NCBI RefSeq assembly: GCF_008000775.2
Contig: NZ_CP042905.2
Coordinates: 3,000,001 to 3,032,000, forward strand
Reading direction: 5' to 3'
From: Promethearchaeum syntrophicum
GTDB lineage: Archaea > Asgardarchaeota > Lokiarchaeia > Sigyniarchaeales > Promethearchaeaceae
Length of the DNA stretch: 32,000 bases
Shown piece by piece: positions 1 through 9,303 of this stretch. The translations under genes were made by a program, and so were the position numbers. The notes beneath the pieces are model-generated. The model had not been told where the DNA came from and did no database searches. It worked only from the letters and a program-made list of their open reading frames with translations. Position 1 is the stretch's first letter. The number at the start of each line of letters is the position of its first letter.

Positions 1-909
1 GTGGGAAAAGAGTTAAAAAATGGGTATATTGTTGGAGCTTCGTTCTTTTTAGGTTCTTCAGAATTCTATAATAATTTAATTGCTATGGATGAAGAAGAAC
101 GTAAATTAATTAGAATGAATTCCGTCCTTAAAATTAATCAGCTCTATGGCGGGGAAAAATTAAGACGATTGCAACGAATAGAATCACGTTTCTTTAACTC
201 GGGAATGTATGTGACCTTACTGGGGGCAGTTGCATCCTATCAATTGGAAGATGGTCGGGTAGTAAGTGGAATAGGAGGTCAATTTAATTTCGTTAATATG
301 GCACAAGAATTACACAATGGAAGATCTATTATCTGTTGTAGTAGTACGCGAGGTTCTGGGAAAAAGACCAAATCTAATATTAAATTTTCCTATGGACATA
401 CTTCAATTCCTAGATATCTTAAAGATATTGTAGTTACAGAGTACGGAATTGCAGATTTACGGGGTACTAGTGATGAAGATTGTATTAAAGAAATGCTAAA
501 CATAACAGATTCGCGCTTTCAAGAATCTTTATTAAAAGAAGCGAAGAAAGCGAAAAAAATAAATAATGACTATAAGATTCCGGAGAAATTTAAAAATAAC
601 ACCCCAAAAGGTCTGGTGGACAAATTTAGTTCTTTTAGCGAGAGGGGGTTGTTTAAAACATTTCCGTTCGGTCATGATTTCAATGAAGATGAACTCTCAA
701 TAGCTGTTGCATTAAAAACCGTAAAAAATCATGCTGAAGCTCATAAATTGGATATAATTAAGACTTTAATCAAATCTCCTAATTCAAGAACTATAGAAAA
801 AGCCCATCACTATTTGGAATTGTTAGAACTCGAAAATCCAGAAACCAGTCATGATAAAATTAGCCAGAAATTACTACTCAAAGGCTTGAAATTAACGGGA
901 AAGATATAG
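1..909 (+). CDS. Acetyl-CoA hydrolase/CoA-transferase family protein, C-terminal part (5' truncated by window edge)
   Basis: Motifs SGIGGQFNFVNMAQ, GKGRSI-like region and VVTEYGIADLRGTSDEDC are typical of the acetyl-CoA hydrolase/4-hydroxybutyrate CoA-transferase C-terminal domain; the frame is open at the left edge. Confidence 0.88.
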   Translation: MGKELKNGYIVGASFFLGSSEFYNNLIAMDEEERKLIRMNSVLKINQLYGGEKLRRLQRIESRFFNSGMYVTLLGAVASYQLEDGRVVSGIGGQFNFVNMAQELHNGRSIICCSSTRGSGKKTKSNIKFSYGHTSIPRYLKDIVVTEYGIADLRGTSDEDCIKEMLNITDSRFQESLLKEAKKAKKINNDYKIPEKFKNNTPKGLVDKFSSFSERGLFKTFPFGHDFNEDELSIAVALKTVKNHAEAHKLDIIKTLIKSPNSRTIEKAHHYLELLELENPETSHDKISQKLLLKGLKLTGKI

Positions 910-1492
910 GAAGGTATTTTTTTCTTTTTCAATTCAAATCAATAAAAATTGAAGAAGTTTTCTTTTTTTTTTTTGTAGAAATTTAATCACAATTGGTGAA
1001 ATAAAAAAACAAAATCGGATTATGATTTTCAGTAAATATTTTATAACGTAATTAATCCTATTGCATTTCTCTCTTATACAGCAGGGTTGTGTTCCCCAGA
1101 TTTTTCTTATATCTGCTAATTTAAGTTTCTTGCGATATTTCACTCTTAGAGTGACTTTTTCTGCTTTTAGCTTCTCAAATGTTTCTGATCTATAAGAATT
1201 TACCGTATCTTTTGAAAAAAGTTGTTTTCTGCGTATATAGAAGTTCGCCGCTGAAATTTTGTAAATTTTTTTTGATCAAAAGACGAAATATTACCAAATT
1301 ATTTATCTAGAAAACGATTTAAAAAAAAAATTTATAACCAATATTGATCAAACTCTTTTCAATGAATTAACAAAAAACACAATTAAAATACCAGATCGAT
1401 TATTAAGAATCAATGAAATCAAAATGAATTTCTACAATTCATGAATTCTTGTGTTCAATGTGAAATTCGTTCTGGTTAATGAAATTTAAGTT

Positions 1493-2059
1493 TTGATAAA
1501 AATGGAGTATCTTAAAGCTGATATTGAATCTCTTGGTGAAAGAACCTCAGAAGAAATCATCAAAGATGAAGTATTAGATTTCATGAAAGCTTGTTATCAA
1601 TGTGGAACTTGTTCGGGTTCATGTCCCTCAGGACGTAGGACTGCGATAAGAACTCGTCAACTGATCAGAGAATCATTGCTAAATATAGAAAAAGTTCTTG
1701 CCGATCCAGATATATGGATGTGTACCACATGTTTCACTTGTTTTGAGCGATGTCCCAGATCACTCCCTACGACCAATATAATCCTCAAATTGCGTAATTT
1801 AGCATGTCAAAGAGGTTTTATGATGGCGTCCCATAAAAGCTTAACTCATATTTTATTTAAAACTGGTCATGGAGTCCCTTTAGGAGGAACAGATAATAAA
1901 TGGACACAAGCACGTGTTTCCTATGGATTACCAAAAATTCCCCCAACAACACATTCACATCCAGAAGCTGTAAAAGAAGTTGAATTATTAATGAAATCAA
2001 CAAATTTTGATAAATTAGTTGATTATAAATCTGAAGAAACTAGCAATGAACAAAAATAA
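1493..2059 (+). CDS. hdrC: Heterodisulfide reductase subunit C-like 4Fe-4S protein (TTG start at 1493 or ATG at 1502)
   Basis: 188 aa with two 4Fe-4S motifs, CYQCGTCSGSCP and CTTCFTCFERCP; next to hdrA. Confidence 0.85.
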   Translation: MIKMEYLKADIESLGERTSEEIIKDEVLDFMKACYQCGTCSGSCPSGRRTAIRTRQLIRESLLNIEKVLADPDIWMCTTCFTCFERCPRSLPTTNIILKLRNLACQRGFMMASHKSLTHILFKTGHGVPLGGTDNKWTQARVSYGLPKIPPTTHSHPEAVKEVELLMKSTNFDKLVDYKSEETSNEQK

Positions 2060-2130
2060 AATTTACAAAAGAAATAAAAAAAATCTTTTCACCACATAAA
2101 AAAATAGGAGATCGTTCGGGGACTTGCAAA

Positions 2131-2907
2131 ATGAGCAGAAAATTTAAAATTGGAATTCAAGAGTTCGAATCATGTGGAAAAGATATAATTAATCTTTTAA
2201 ACTTAAGACCTGAGATGGAAAAATTACTTAAGAACGTGGAAATTACTCTCTTAGGATACACATCTAACATTGACTGGTCAAGATACCCAAGTATAAAAAT
2301 TCGGGAAGAAATATCAGAAACGGATAAATTTGATGTTATTTTATGCATTGGAAGTATTTTACCCGGACAAGAAAAAAGAATCCATGATTTACGGAATAAA
2401 ACAATACAAATTGTAGCAGTTGGCGCTTGCTCTCTATATGGTGTTCGGCCATCAATCTCCACAAGTGGTTTCACGAATGAGGAGTGGGATGAAGTGGAAA
2501 AAGTTACCAAAAACAAGGTTCCAGAATATCAAGATCTTTTTCGTAAATCTGTGTGTGAAATTGTGAAAACAGAATATAGAATACCCGGATGTCCAATAGA
2601 TGAATATTCATTTATGAAATTTATATATGACCTCATTGAGGGTAAATTACCTCGCCTTGAAGTAGCCCCGGTGTGTTGGGAATGTAAATTGAAAGGTAAC
2701 GAATGTATTTTTATGACTAAAGGAATAGTCTGTTTAGGTCCAATAACTCAATCAGGTTGTGGCGCTCGTTGTCCAACACTCGAAAATAAGCCATGTAGCG
2801 GTTGTGGGGGTTTACTCATCGATGCCAATTTAAAGGAATGGTATCAGATGGTCCTTAAATATGGAAAAACAATTGAGGAAGTCAACAAATTCTTTGTTAG
2901 CAGGTAA
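2131..2907 (+). CDS. NiFe-hydrogenase small-subunit-like (MvhG/HydD/NADH ubiquinone oxidoreductase 20 kDa family) iron-sulfur protein
   Basis: VGACSLYGVRP, IPGCPIDE, PVCWECKLKGNEC and CLGPITQSGCGARCP...PCSGCGG match the small-subunit cluster motifs; the N-terminal CxxC is incomplete (FESCGKD). Confidence 0.8.
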   Translation: MSRKFKIGIQEFESCGKDIINLLNLRPEMEKLLKNVEITLLGYTSNIDWSRYPSIKIREEISETDKFDVILCIGSILPGQEKRIHDLRNKTIQIVAVGACSLYGVRPSISTSGFTNEEWDEVEKVTKNKVPEYQDLFRKSVCEIVKTEYRIPGCPIDEYSFMKFIYDLIEGKLPRLEVAPVCWECKLKGNECIFMTKGIVCLGPITQSGCGARCPTLENKPCSGCGGLLIDANLKEWYQMVLKYGKTIEEVNKFFVSR

Positions 2908-2915
2908 GATATATC

Positions 2916-5390
2916 ATGGAAAAAACACAATCAAGCACATTAAATAATATTGATATAAAACAAAAAGGTCAGAAAATAGGCGTTTTTGTTTGTCATTGTG
3001 GGAGTAATATAAATGGAGTGGTTGATTGCAAAGCATTAGCTGAGGAATCTCTTAAAAACCCTGGAGTCATTTTTGCTACGGATTATAAGTTCTTGTGTAG
3101 TGATCCTGGGCAACTTCTAATAAAAGACAAAATCGAAGAATTTGGTCTAGATCGAGTGGTTGTAGCTGCTTGTAGTCCCCGAATGCATGAAAAAACATTC
3201 CGTCGTGTATGTCGAAAGGCAGATCTGAATCCTTTTCTCTTTGAGCAAGCAAATATTCGTGAACATTGTACTTGGGTTCATATGAATGAAAAAGAAAAAG
3301 CACACAAAAAGGCAGGGGATATAATTGCAATTTCATGTGCTAGAGCTAAAGAACTGGATATTCTTGATATTATCACTGTACCTATTACAAAAAATGCACT
3401 TATTGTCGGAGGAGGAATAGCGGGAATATCAGCCGCTCTTGATCTGGCAGATATGGGAATTCCTGTAACTCTTGTTGAGTCAACTCCAACAATTGGTGGA
3501 AATATGGCACGATTAGACAAAACTTTTCCAACAATGGATTGTTCAGCTTGTATTTTAACACCAAAAATGACAGATATTGGGCAACATCCGAACATTAATT
3601 TGATGACCTATTCTGAAATTCTCGAAGTAAATGGTTATATTGGAAATTTCGATGTCAAGATTAAGAAAAAACCTCGTTATATAAAAGAAGATAAATGTAA
3701 TGGTTGTGGCGATTGTGTACCTGTGTGTCCAGCAATTACGTCAAATCCCTTTGAAATGCATATGAGTCCAATTAAAGCAGTTTCTATTCCGTTTCCTCAA
3801 GCAGTTCCACAATTATTTACTATTGACATGGATTCTTGCATTAAATGCGGTAATTGTGAGAAAGCATGTGAACTTGAAGCTATTGATCTAAATCAAGCCC
3901 CAATAATAGTTGAGGAAAAATTTGGAGCAATAATATTAAGCACAGGATTTAAAGTGGCAGATTTAACTTTAGTGCATCCTGAATATCATTATGGAGAATA
4001 TTTGAATGTAATTAGCCATCTTGAACTTGAACGAATGCTAACTTCATTTGGTCCCTCTGAAGGTCAAATTATTCGCCCATCGGATTTTAATCGTCCAAAA
4101 AAAATACTGTTCATTTCATGTGTTGGATCCCGATCACAACGCGAAGGCTATAAACCATATTGCTGTAATGTAGGTTGTATGGCAGCTATGAAAGAAGCAC
4201 GATTAATTATTGAACATCATCCAGATACTCAAATAGATATTTCTTATATGGATGTTCGGGCTTCTGGAAAAGGATATGAAGAATTCTGGGAAAAAGCCGC
4301 TCACGAATATGGGATAACCTATTTCCGTGGACGTATTGCAGAATTATATCAAGATGAGATAACACAAAACATCGTCGCTCGTTTAGAAGATACTCTTCTT
4401 AATCAACTTTTTGAAATTGAATATGATCTGGTTATTCTTGTTGGTGCGGTGGATCAAATGGATGATTTACCTAGTATAGTGAAAACTCTAAATCTTCAAC
4501 AAGGAGCAGATGGATGGTTGTTGGAAGCTCATCCAAAACTCCGACCTGTCGATACACATACAGGAGGAATTTTTGTAGCGGGATTTGTCACAGGACCAAA
4601 AGATATTCCTGCTACCGTCGCTCAAGCAAAAGCAGCGGCTTCCGGTGTTGCCACCTTAATTATGCAAGGAGAAGTCGAAATTGAGCCATATTATGCCGTA
4701 ATTGATCCAGAAATGTGTGGAGCGTGTAAAAAATGCGAAGTTACTTGCCCGTTTGGAGCTCCAGTTTTAGTTACTGATAAAGCACAAGAAGGAAAAATCT
4801 TAGAAATTAATCCCGCTTTATGTACAGGTTGTGGAACGTGTGTCGCAGAATGCAAATATGGAGCAATTCAACAAAATAATTTCACAAGCCGGCAATTATT
4901 TGCATCAACTGATAGAGCATCTGAAAAAATTGAATTGGATATTCCCGATTCCAAATGGGAACCAAATATTCTTATATTCGCTTGCAATTGGTGTAGCTAT
5001 ACTGGGGCCGATTTAGCAGGGACCAGTCGGATTCAATACCCTCCCAATGCACGAGTCGTTCGGATGATGTGTTCGGGAAGATTCGAATTAAGTTTTGGAA
5101 TTCAAGCTTTACTTAATGGATTTGATGGAGTAATGGTAGCTGGGTGTCATCTTGGAGATTGCCACTATACCTCAGGAAATTATAAAATGGAGCGTAGAGC
5201 AGAATATATGCCCCCTATACTTAGAAATTTAGGAATTAATCCAAAGAGATTTCGACTTGAGTGGTGTAGCGCATCAGAGGGGTTACGGTGGGCAGAATTA
5301 AATAAACAATTTGTTGAAGAATTGAAAATCTTAGGTCCTTCTTCCATGCGAAAACGGGTTCAACAAATAAGAAATAACATAAATAAATAA
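2916..5390 (+). CDS. hdrA: HdrA-type FAD/4Fe-4S flavoprotein with fused C-terminal MvhD domain (about 4960-5380)
   Basis: 824 aa; Rossmann motif ALIVGGGIAGISAALDLADMG, several CxxCxxCxxxC clusters, and C-terminal MvhD-like ILIFACNWCSYTGAD...GCHLGDCHY. Confidence 0.93.
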   Translation: MEKTQSSTLNNIDIKQKGQKIGVFVCHCGSNINGVVDCKALAEESLKNPGVIFATDYKFLCSDPGQLLIKDKIEEFGLDRVVVAACSPRMHEKTFRRVCRKADLNPFLFEQANIREHCTWVHMNEKEKAHKKAGDIIAISCARAKELDILDIITVPITKNALIVGGGIAGISAALDLADMGIPVTLVESTPTIGGNMARLDKTFPTMDCSACILTPKMTDIGQHPNINLMTYSEILEVNGYIGNFDVKIKKKPRYIKEDKCNGCGDCVPVCPAITSNPFEMHMSPIKAVSIPFPQAVPQLFTIDMDSCIKCGNCEKACELEAIDLNQAPIIVEEKFGAIILSTGFKVADLTLVHPEYHYGEYLNVISHLELERMLTSFGPSEGQIIRPSDFNRPKKILFISCVGSRSQREGYKPYCCNVGCMAAMKEARLIIEHHPDTQIDISYMDVRASGKGYEEFWEKAAHEYGITYFRGRIAELYQDEITQNIVARLEDTLLNQLFEIEYDLVILVGAVDQMDDLPSIVKTLNLQQGADGWLLEAHPKLRPVDTHTGGIFVAGFVTGPKDIPATVAQAKAAASGVATLIMQGEVEIEPYYAVIDPEMCGACKKCEVTCPFGAPVLVTDKAQEGKILEINPALCTGCGTCVAECKYGAIQQNNFTSRQLFASTDRASEKIELDIPDSKWEPNILIFACNWCSYTGADLAGTSRIQYPPNARVVRMMCSGRFELSFGIQALLNGFDGVMVAGCHLGDCHYTSGNYKMERRAEYMPPILRNLGINPKRFRLEWCSASEGLRWAELNKQFVEELKILGPSSMRKRVQQIRNNINK

Positions 5391-5399
5391 ATAAAATAT

Positions 5400-6476
5400 G
5401 TGAGAGTGAAAATCATTACTAAAAAAAGGAATTATAGGGAAGGAAATATTTCAGACATCATAAAATTTATTGATGAAATTTTAAAAACATATACTGTTAT
5501 TGCACCAACAAAAATTGAAGGAAAACAAACAAAATTCACTCAAATTTCTTCAAGCACTGAAATCCTTCTTAATCCGAATCACCAAACAAGTTTCTCTTTT
5601 AAAGAGTGGTTACTTCCACGAAATCAAATTTTATTGCAGTATAATTTCGATAAAAATGACATTACCATAGATGATTCCGTTGATTTTTCTTCTAAAAAAC
5701 GGATATTATTCGGACCTCATCCATGTGACCTCCATTCAATTCAAATTCTTGATAAAATCTTTTTAGAAGAAAAAGATTTGGATGTTCATTATAAAAAATT
5801 ACGTGAAAATACATTAATTATTGGATTAGGATGTAAAGAACCATTTAAAAATTGTTTTTGTGCAAGTGTAAATACACTTGAGCCACCAGATGGAACTTAT
5901 GATTTATTCCTTTATCTAAAAGGGAAAAAATTCTATGCATTTGAAGGTTCTTCTGAAGGGGCAGATTTAATAAAAAAATTGAAATCTAAAGTGTCAATTG
6001 ATGGAGAGAAACAGATATCCTTAATAAATAAACACATTGCTTCTTCACAAACATTTAAATTCCCAAAAGATGAAGATATTGGAGCAAAAATCAAAGAAAC
6101 CTACGGATCTGAGTTTTGGGATGATCTTGGTAAAAAATGTTTTGGATGCGCAGGTTGCACAATCGTTTGCCCAACATGTTATTGCTTCTTTGTGGATGAC
6201 AAAGTAGAAAATGATGGAAAGAAAAAAATGTATAAACGTATTAGAGATTGGGATTCTTGTACTCTAAATAATTGGGCTTTAGCAGCAGGAGGTCATAATT
6301 TTCAAAATAATCGAGGAATTCGCTTAAATAGACGATTTATGCACAAATTCTCACAATTAAAAACGAAATTAGGAAGGATTGCTTGTGTTGGATGCGGTCG
6401 TTGTATTGATATATGTCCTACAGGTGCAAGTAACCCAGTAAATGTCATAAAAGATCTAATTAAATTCAAAAAATAA
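5400..6476 (+). CDS. HydB/FlxB-like 4Fe-4S protein (sulfhydrogenase beta / Flx family)
   Basis: 358 aa; FGCAGCTIVCPTCYCF...WDSCTLNNWALAAGGHNF...RHMHKF-like region and CVGCGRCIDICPTG are typical of the group 3b hydrogenase beta subunit family. Confidence 0.85.
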   Translation: MRVKIITKKRNYREGNISDIIKFIDEILKTYTVIAPTKIEGKQTKFTQISSSTEILLNPNHQTSFSFKEWLLPRNQILLQYNFDKNDITIDDSVDFSSKKRILFGPHPCDLHSIQILDKIFLEEKDLDVHYKKLRENTLIIGLGCKEPFKNCFCASVNTLEPPDGTYDLFLYLKGKKFYAFEGSSEGADLIKKLKSKVSIDGEKQISLINKHIASSQTFKFPKDEDIGAKIKETYGSEFWDDLGKKCFGCAGCTIVCPTCYCFFVDDKVENDGKKKMYKRIRDWDSCTLNNWALAAGGHNFQNNRGIRLNRRFMHKFSQLKTKLGRIACVGCGRCIDICPTGASNPVNVIKDLIKFKK

Positions 6477-6506
6477 TAATCTTGTTAAAGAACTGGATGT
6501 AAAGAT

Positions 6507-7388
6507 ATGGATAATAAAAAAATAGACACTAAAACGAACAGTTGGAAACCGATGACTGCCCGTCTTTCTAAAATTGTGCCTCAATCTTCTTTTGAAAAAT
6601 TGTATTCAATAGAACTTGAAAATCCGAATGAAAAAAAGCAGTTCACTTGGATGCCGGGTCAATTTCTTGAGCTTTCAGTTTTTGGAATTGGGGAAGCTCC
6701 ATTTTCAATTTCGAGTTCCCCTACAAGTGGTACTTTGGAAATATGTGTTCGGGCAACTGGATCAATTACTAATGCACTTGAAAAAATGAAAGAAGGAGAA
6801 AAAGTAGGGATACGTGGACCATTTGGGAACTCTTTTGTTGTTCCTGAAGCAAAAGGAAAGAATTTAGTTTTAGTTGCAGGAGGGATTGGTCTTGTTCCTT
6901 TACGTTCAATGATAAATTATGTATTGGATAAGCGGGAAGAATTCAAAGAAGTATTTATTTTTTACGGAACACGAGATCCAACCCAAATTCTGTTCCAAGA
7001 TGAAATTGAACAATGGCAAAAACGCAATGATATTCAATTTATGTTAACGGTCGATCGAGGATCTCCTGATGCAGGATTTGGTGAACCAGATCCTAGTGGA
7101 AAATATCAAGGAAATGTAGGGGTGGTAACAACTCTTTTTTCAAAAATAGATATTCCGTCAAAAAATACAATGGGATTTATTGTTGGACCCCCAGTGATGT
7201 TTAAATTTGTTGTTAAGGAATTTGAAAAACTCCAAATTAAACCATCAAATATTATTGTTTCACTTGAACGAGTTATGCATTGTGGAATCGGCAAATGCGC
7301 ACATTGTCAAATTGGGGATATTTTAGTATGTAGAGATGGTCCCATATTCACTTATGAACAAGTTCAATCAATGCCAGATGCAATTTAG
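6507..7388 (+). CDS. HydG/FlxA-like FAD/NAD(P)-binding oxidoreductase (sulfhydrogenase gamma / dihydroorotate dehydrogenase electron transfer-like)
   Basis: 293 aa; GQFLELSVFGIGEAPFSISS (FAD), LVLVAGGIGLVPLRSMI (NAD), ERVMHCGIGKCAHCQIGDILVCRDGPIFTYEQ (2Fe-2S). Confidence 0.9.
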   Translation: MDNKKIDTKTNSWKPMTARLSKIVPQSSFEKLYSIELENPNEKKQFTWMPGQFLELSVFGIGEAPFSISSSPTSGTLEICVRATGSITNALEKMKEGEKVGIRGPFGNSFVVPEAKGKNLVLVAGGIGLVPLRSMINYVLDKREEFKEVFIFYGTRDPTQILFQDEIEQWQKRNDIQFMLTVDRGSPDAGFGEPDPSGKYQGNVGVVTTLFSKIDIPSKNTMGFIVGPPVMFKFVVKEFEKLQIKPSNIIVSLERVMHCGIGKCAHCQIGDILVCRDGPIFTYEQVQSMPDAI

Positions 7389-7397
7389 TGATAACTT

Positions 7398-9236
7398 ATG
7401 AAAAAAAACAATGAACAAATCAATGAAAATATTATGAAAATTAAAGATCAACCAGAATCTATCCAACAATTAATTGATTTAGGAAAAATCTACCTTCAAA
7501 AACATGATATATTAGAAGCACGCTATTATTTCTTAAATGCTATTAATCAATATCCAGATAAAGTTGATGGATACCTATCTATGGGAATGTTTGCATATAA
7601 GGATAATAATTTGGATGTTGCGCATGATTATTTTAACCAAGCGATTGATATTGATGAAGAAAATATTAATGCTTGGCTTGGTCTAGCAAAAATAAATTTA
7701 AAACTTACAGCTCTAACAAGTACAAAACGCTATATTAAACGAGCATTAAAACTTGCCCCCAAAAATCCAGAAGTTCTTTTAATTTGGGGAGTATATAATT
7801 TTTTAATTCATAAATATGGATTATCTGAAAAAATTTTACTCCAAGTCGTATCCTCATCAAAAAATGAAACATTCCTGAATGCAACTTTTTATTTAGGTTT
7901 GTTGTATGCAAAACAGAGAGAATTTATGAAGGCAGCTAGTAAATTCCGCCATTTATCTGAAATTGAAACTTATAAAGATAGAAATCTATTTAATGATGCG
8001 GTTGTTCAAAATAATTTAGGTGTTATTGAATTTCAATTAGGAAATTATGATAAAGCAGAAGAGATTTTTAAGAATTTGCTTGTTCGGAAAACAACGTTTG
8101 AATCCACAGTATTAATGAATCTTGCTCAAATGTATTGGATCCAAGATAAAATCGATGACGCAGTTAAATCTATTAATCAAGCACATAACATTGATGTAAA
8201 AATTTGGCCATGGATGCAGGAATTAAATGAATACTTACAAACTGGGGAAGAAGGATTAGCGAATAAAATTAAGTCTTTACTAAAACATAACCCTGATGGA
8301 TTAAACTTGTCAATGTATTTAGGGTGTGTGATCCCCAACCGTTATCCGTTTATTGAAGCCGCTTCTCGGCATGTACTTGATTTCTTTGAAATTGGAATTC
8401 AAGAGCTTGAAGGAGCCTCTTGTTGTCCCGCTCCTGGTGTTTTTAGATCCTTTGATTTTCTTACGTGGTACGTAGTTGGAGCAAGAAATATTACATTGAG
8501 TGAAAAATTAGGCGTGGATATGTGCACAATGTGTAACGGTTGTTATGGAACGTTAAATGATGTCAATTGGGAACTTAAAGAAAATAAATCCATACGCGAT
8601 GAAGTAAATCAAAAATTGAAAGATATTGATCGTGAATTTAAAGGTTCTATTAATGTTCGTCATATAATTGATGTGTTTTATAATAGTGTCGGTGTAAAAG
8701 AAATTAAAAAAAAAATTGTAAATCCAATGAAATTAAATGTTGCAGTCCATTATGGATGTCATCTCCTAAAACCTTCTTTTAATAAACCTTGGAAAGAATC
8801 GAGTGAAGCTCCAACATTCTTTGATGAATTGGTGGAAATCACTGGAGCAAAATCCATTCCTTATAAAGATAAAATGATGTGTTGCGGAGCAGGTGGAGCA
8901 GTTCGTGGAGGAATGAAGGAAGTATCATTGGATTTTACGTATGAAAAACTTCTAAATATGCGGAAAGCGGGAGTAGATATTATAGTAGTTTGCTGTCCTT
9001 TCTGTCATTTACAGTTTGATTTAGGCCAAATTGAAATAAATAGTATTTATAAGGATAAAATAGCAGAACCGTTTAAAATTCCGGTTATCTATTACACTCA
9101 ACTCTTGGGATTGGCATTAGGTATGGATCCTTTTAAATTAGGTCTATTAAAAACTCCGAAAGGAAAAGGTGTTCCTCCATTCATTCCTGTTGAGTCAATT
9201 TTTTCTCGTTATATTGAACAGATTGATTGGATTTGA
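7398..9236 (+). CDS. TPR domain - HdrB-like (CCG domain) fusion protein
   Basis: 612 aa. The first ~300 aa are TPR repeats (KYPDKVDGYLSMGMFAYKDNNLDVAHDYFNQAIDIDEENINAWLGLAKI...). From ~8305 it is HdrB-like: YLGCVIPNRYPFIE, ASCCPAPGVF, CTMCNGCYGTL, HYGCHLLKP, MMCCGAGGAVRG, CCPFCHLQFD. Confidence 0.9.
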   Translation: MKKNNEQINENIMKIKDQPESIQQLIDLGKIYLQKHDILEARYYFLNAINQYPDKVDGYLSMGMFAYKDNNLDVAHDYFNQAIDIDEENINAWLGLAKINLKLTALTSTKRYIKRALKLAPKNPEVLLIWGVYNFLIHKYGLSEKILLQVVSSSKNETFLNATFYLGLLYAKQREFMKAASKFRHLSEIETYKDRNLFNDAVVQNNLGVIEFQLGNYDKAEEIFKNLLVRKTTFESTVLMNLAQMYWIQDKIDDAVKSINQAHNIDVKIWPWMQELNEYLQTGEEGLANKIKSLLKHNPDGLNLSMYLGCVIPNRYPFIEAASRHVLDFFEIGIQELEGASCCPAPGVFRSFDFLTWYVVGARNITLSEKLGVDMCTMCNGCYGTLNDVNWELKENKSIRDEVNQKLKDIDREFKGSINVRHIIDVFYNSVGVKEIKKKIVNPMKLNVAVHYGCHLLKPSFNKPWKESSEAPTFFDELVEITGAKSIPYKDKMMCCGAGGAVRGGMKEVSLDFTYEKLLNMRKAGVDIIVVCCPFCHLQFDLGQIEINSIYKDKIAEPFKIPVIYYTQLLGLALGMDPFKLGLLKTPKGKGVPPFIPVESIFSRYIEQIDWI

Positions 9237-9303
9237 GTATGAAAGTATTAATCGTTGTATAAGAAAATTAAAAAAAAACAGATTAAAAATTAAAGCTTAT
9301 TTG

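Noticed and set aside
934-1143. 69-aa minus-strand ORF 934-1143
   Set aside because: Lysine/isoleucine/phenylalanine-rich translation of an AT-rich intergenic region with no recognisable motif.
2157-4000. Antisense/alternate-frame ORFs 2157-2516, 3076-3336 and 3278-3595
   Set aside because: They overlap strongly supported redox genes on the other strand or frame and show no domain-like composition.
4831-5016. 61-aa plus-strand ORF 4831-5016
   Set aside because: Lies entirely inside the well-supported hdrA frame.
4963-5385. Possible selenocysteine (UGA) in the HdrA/MvhD or Hdr subunits, as in some archaeal Hdr systems
   Set aside because: All cluster genes read through with Cys codons at the expected positions; no in-frame TGA is needed to complete a domain.
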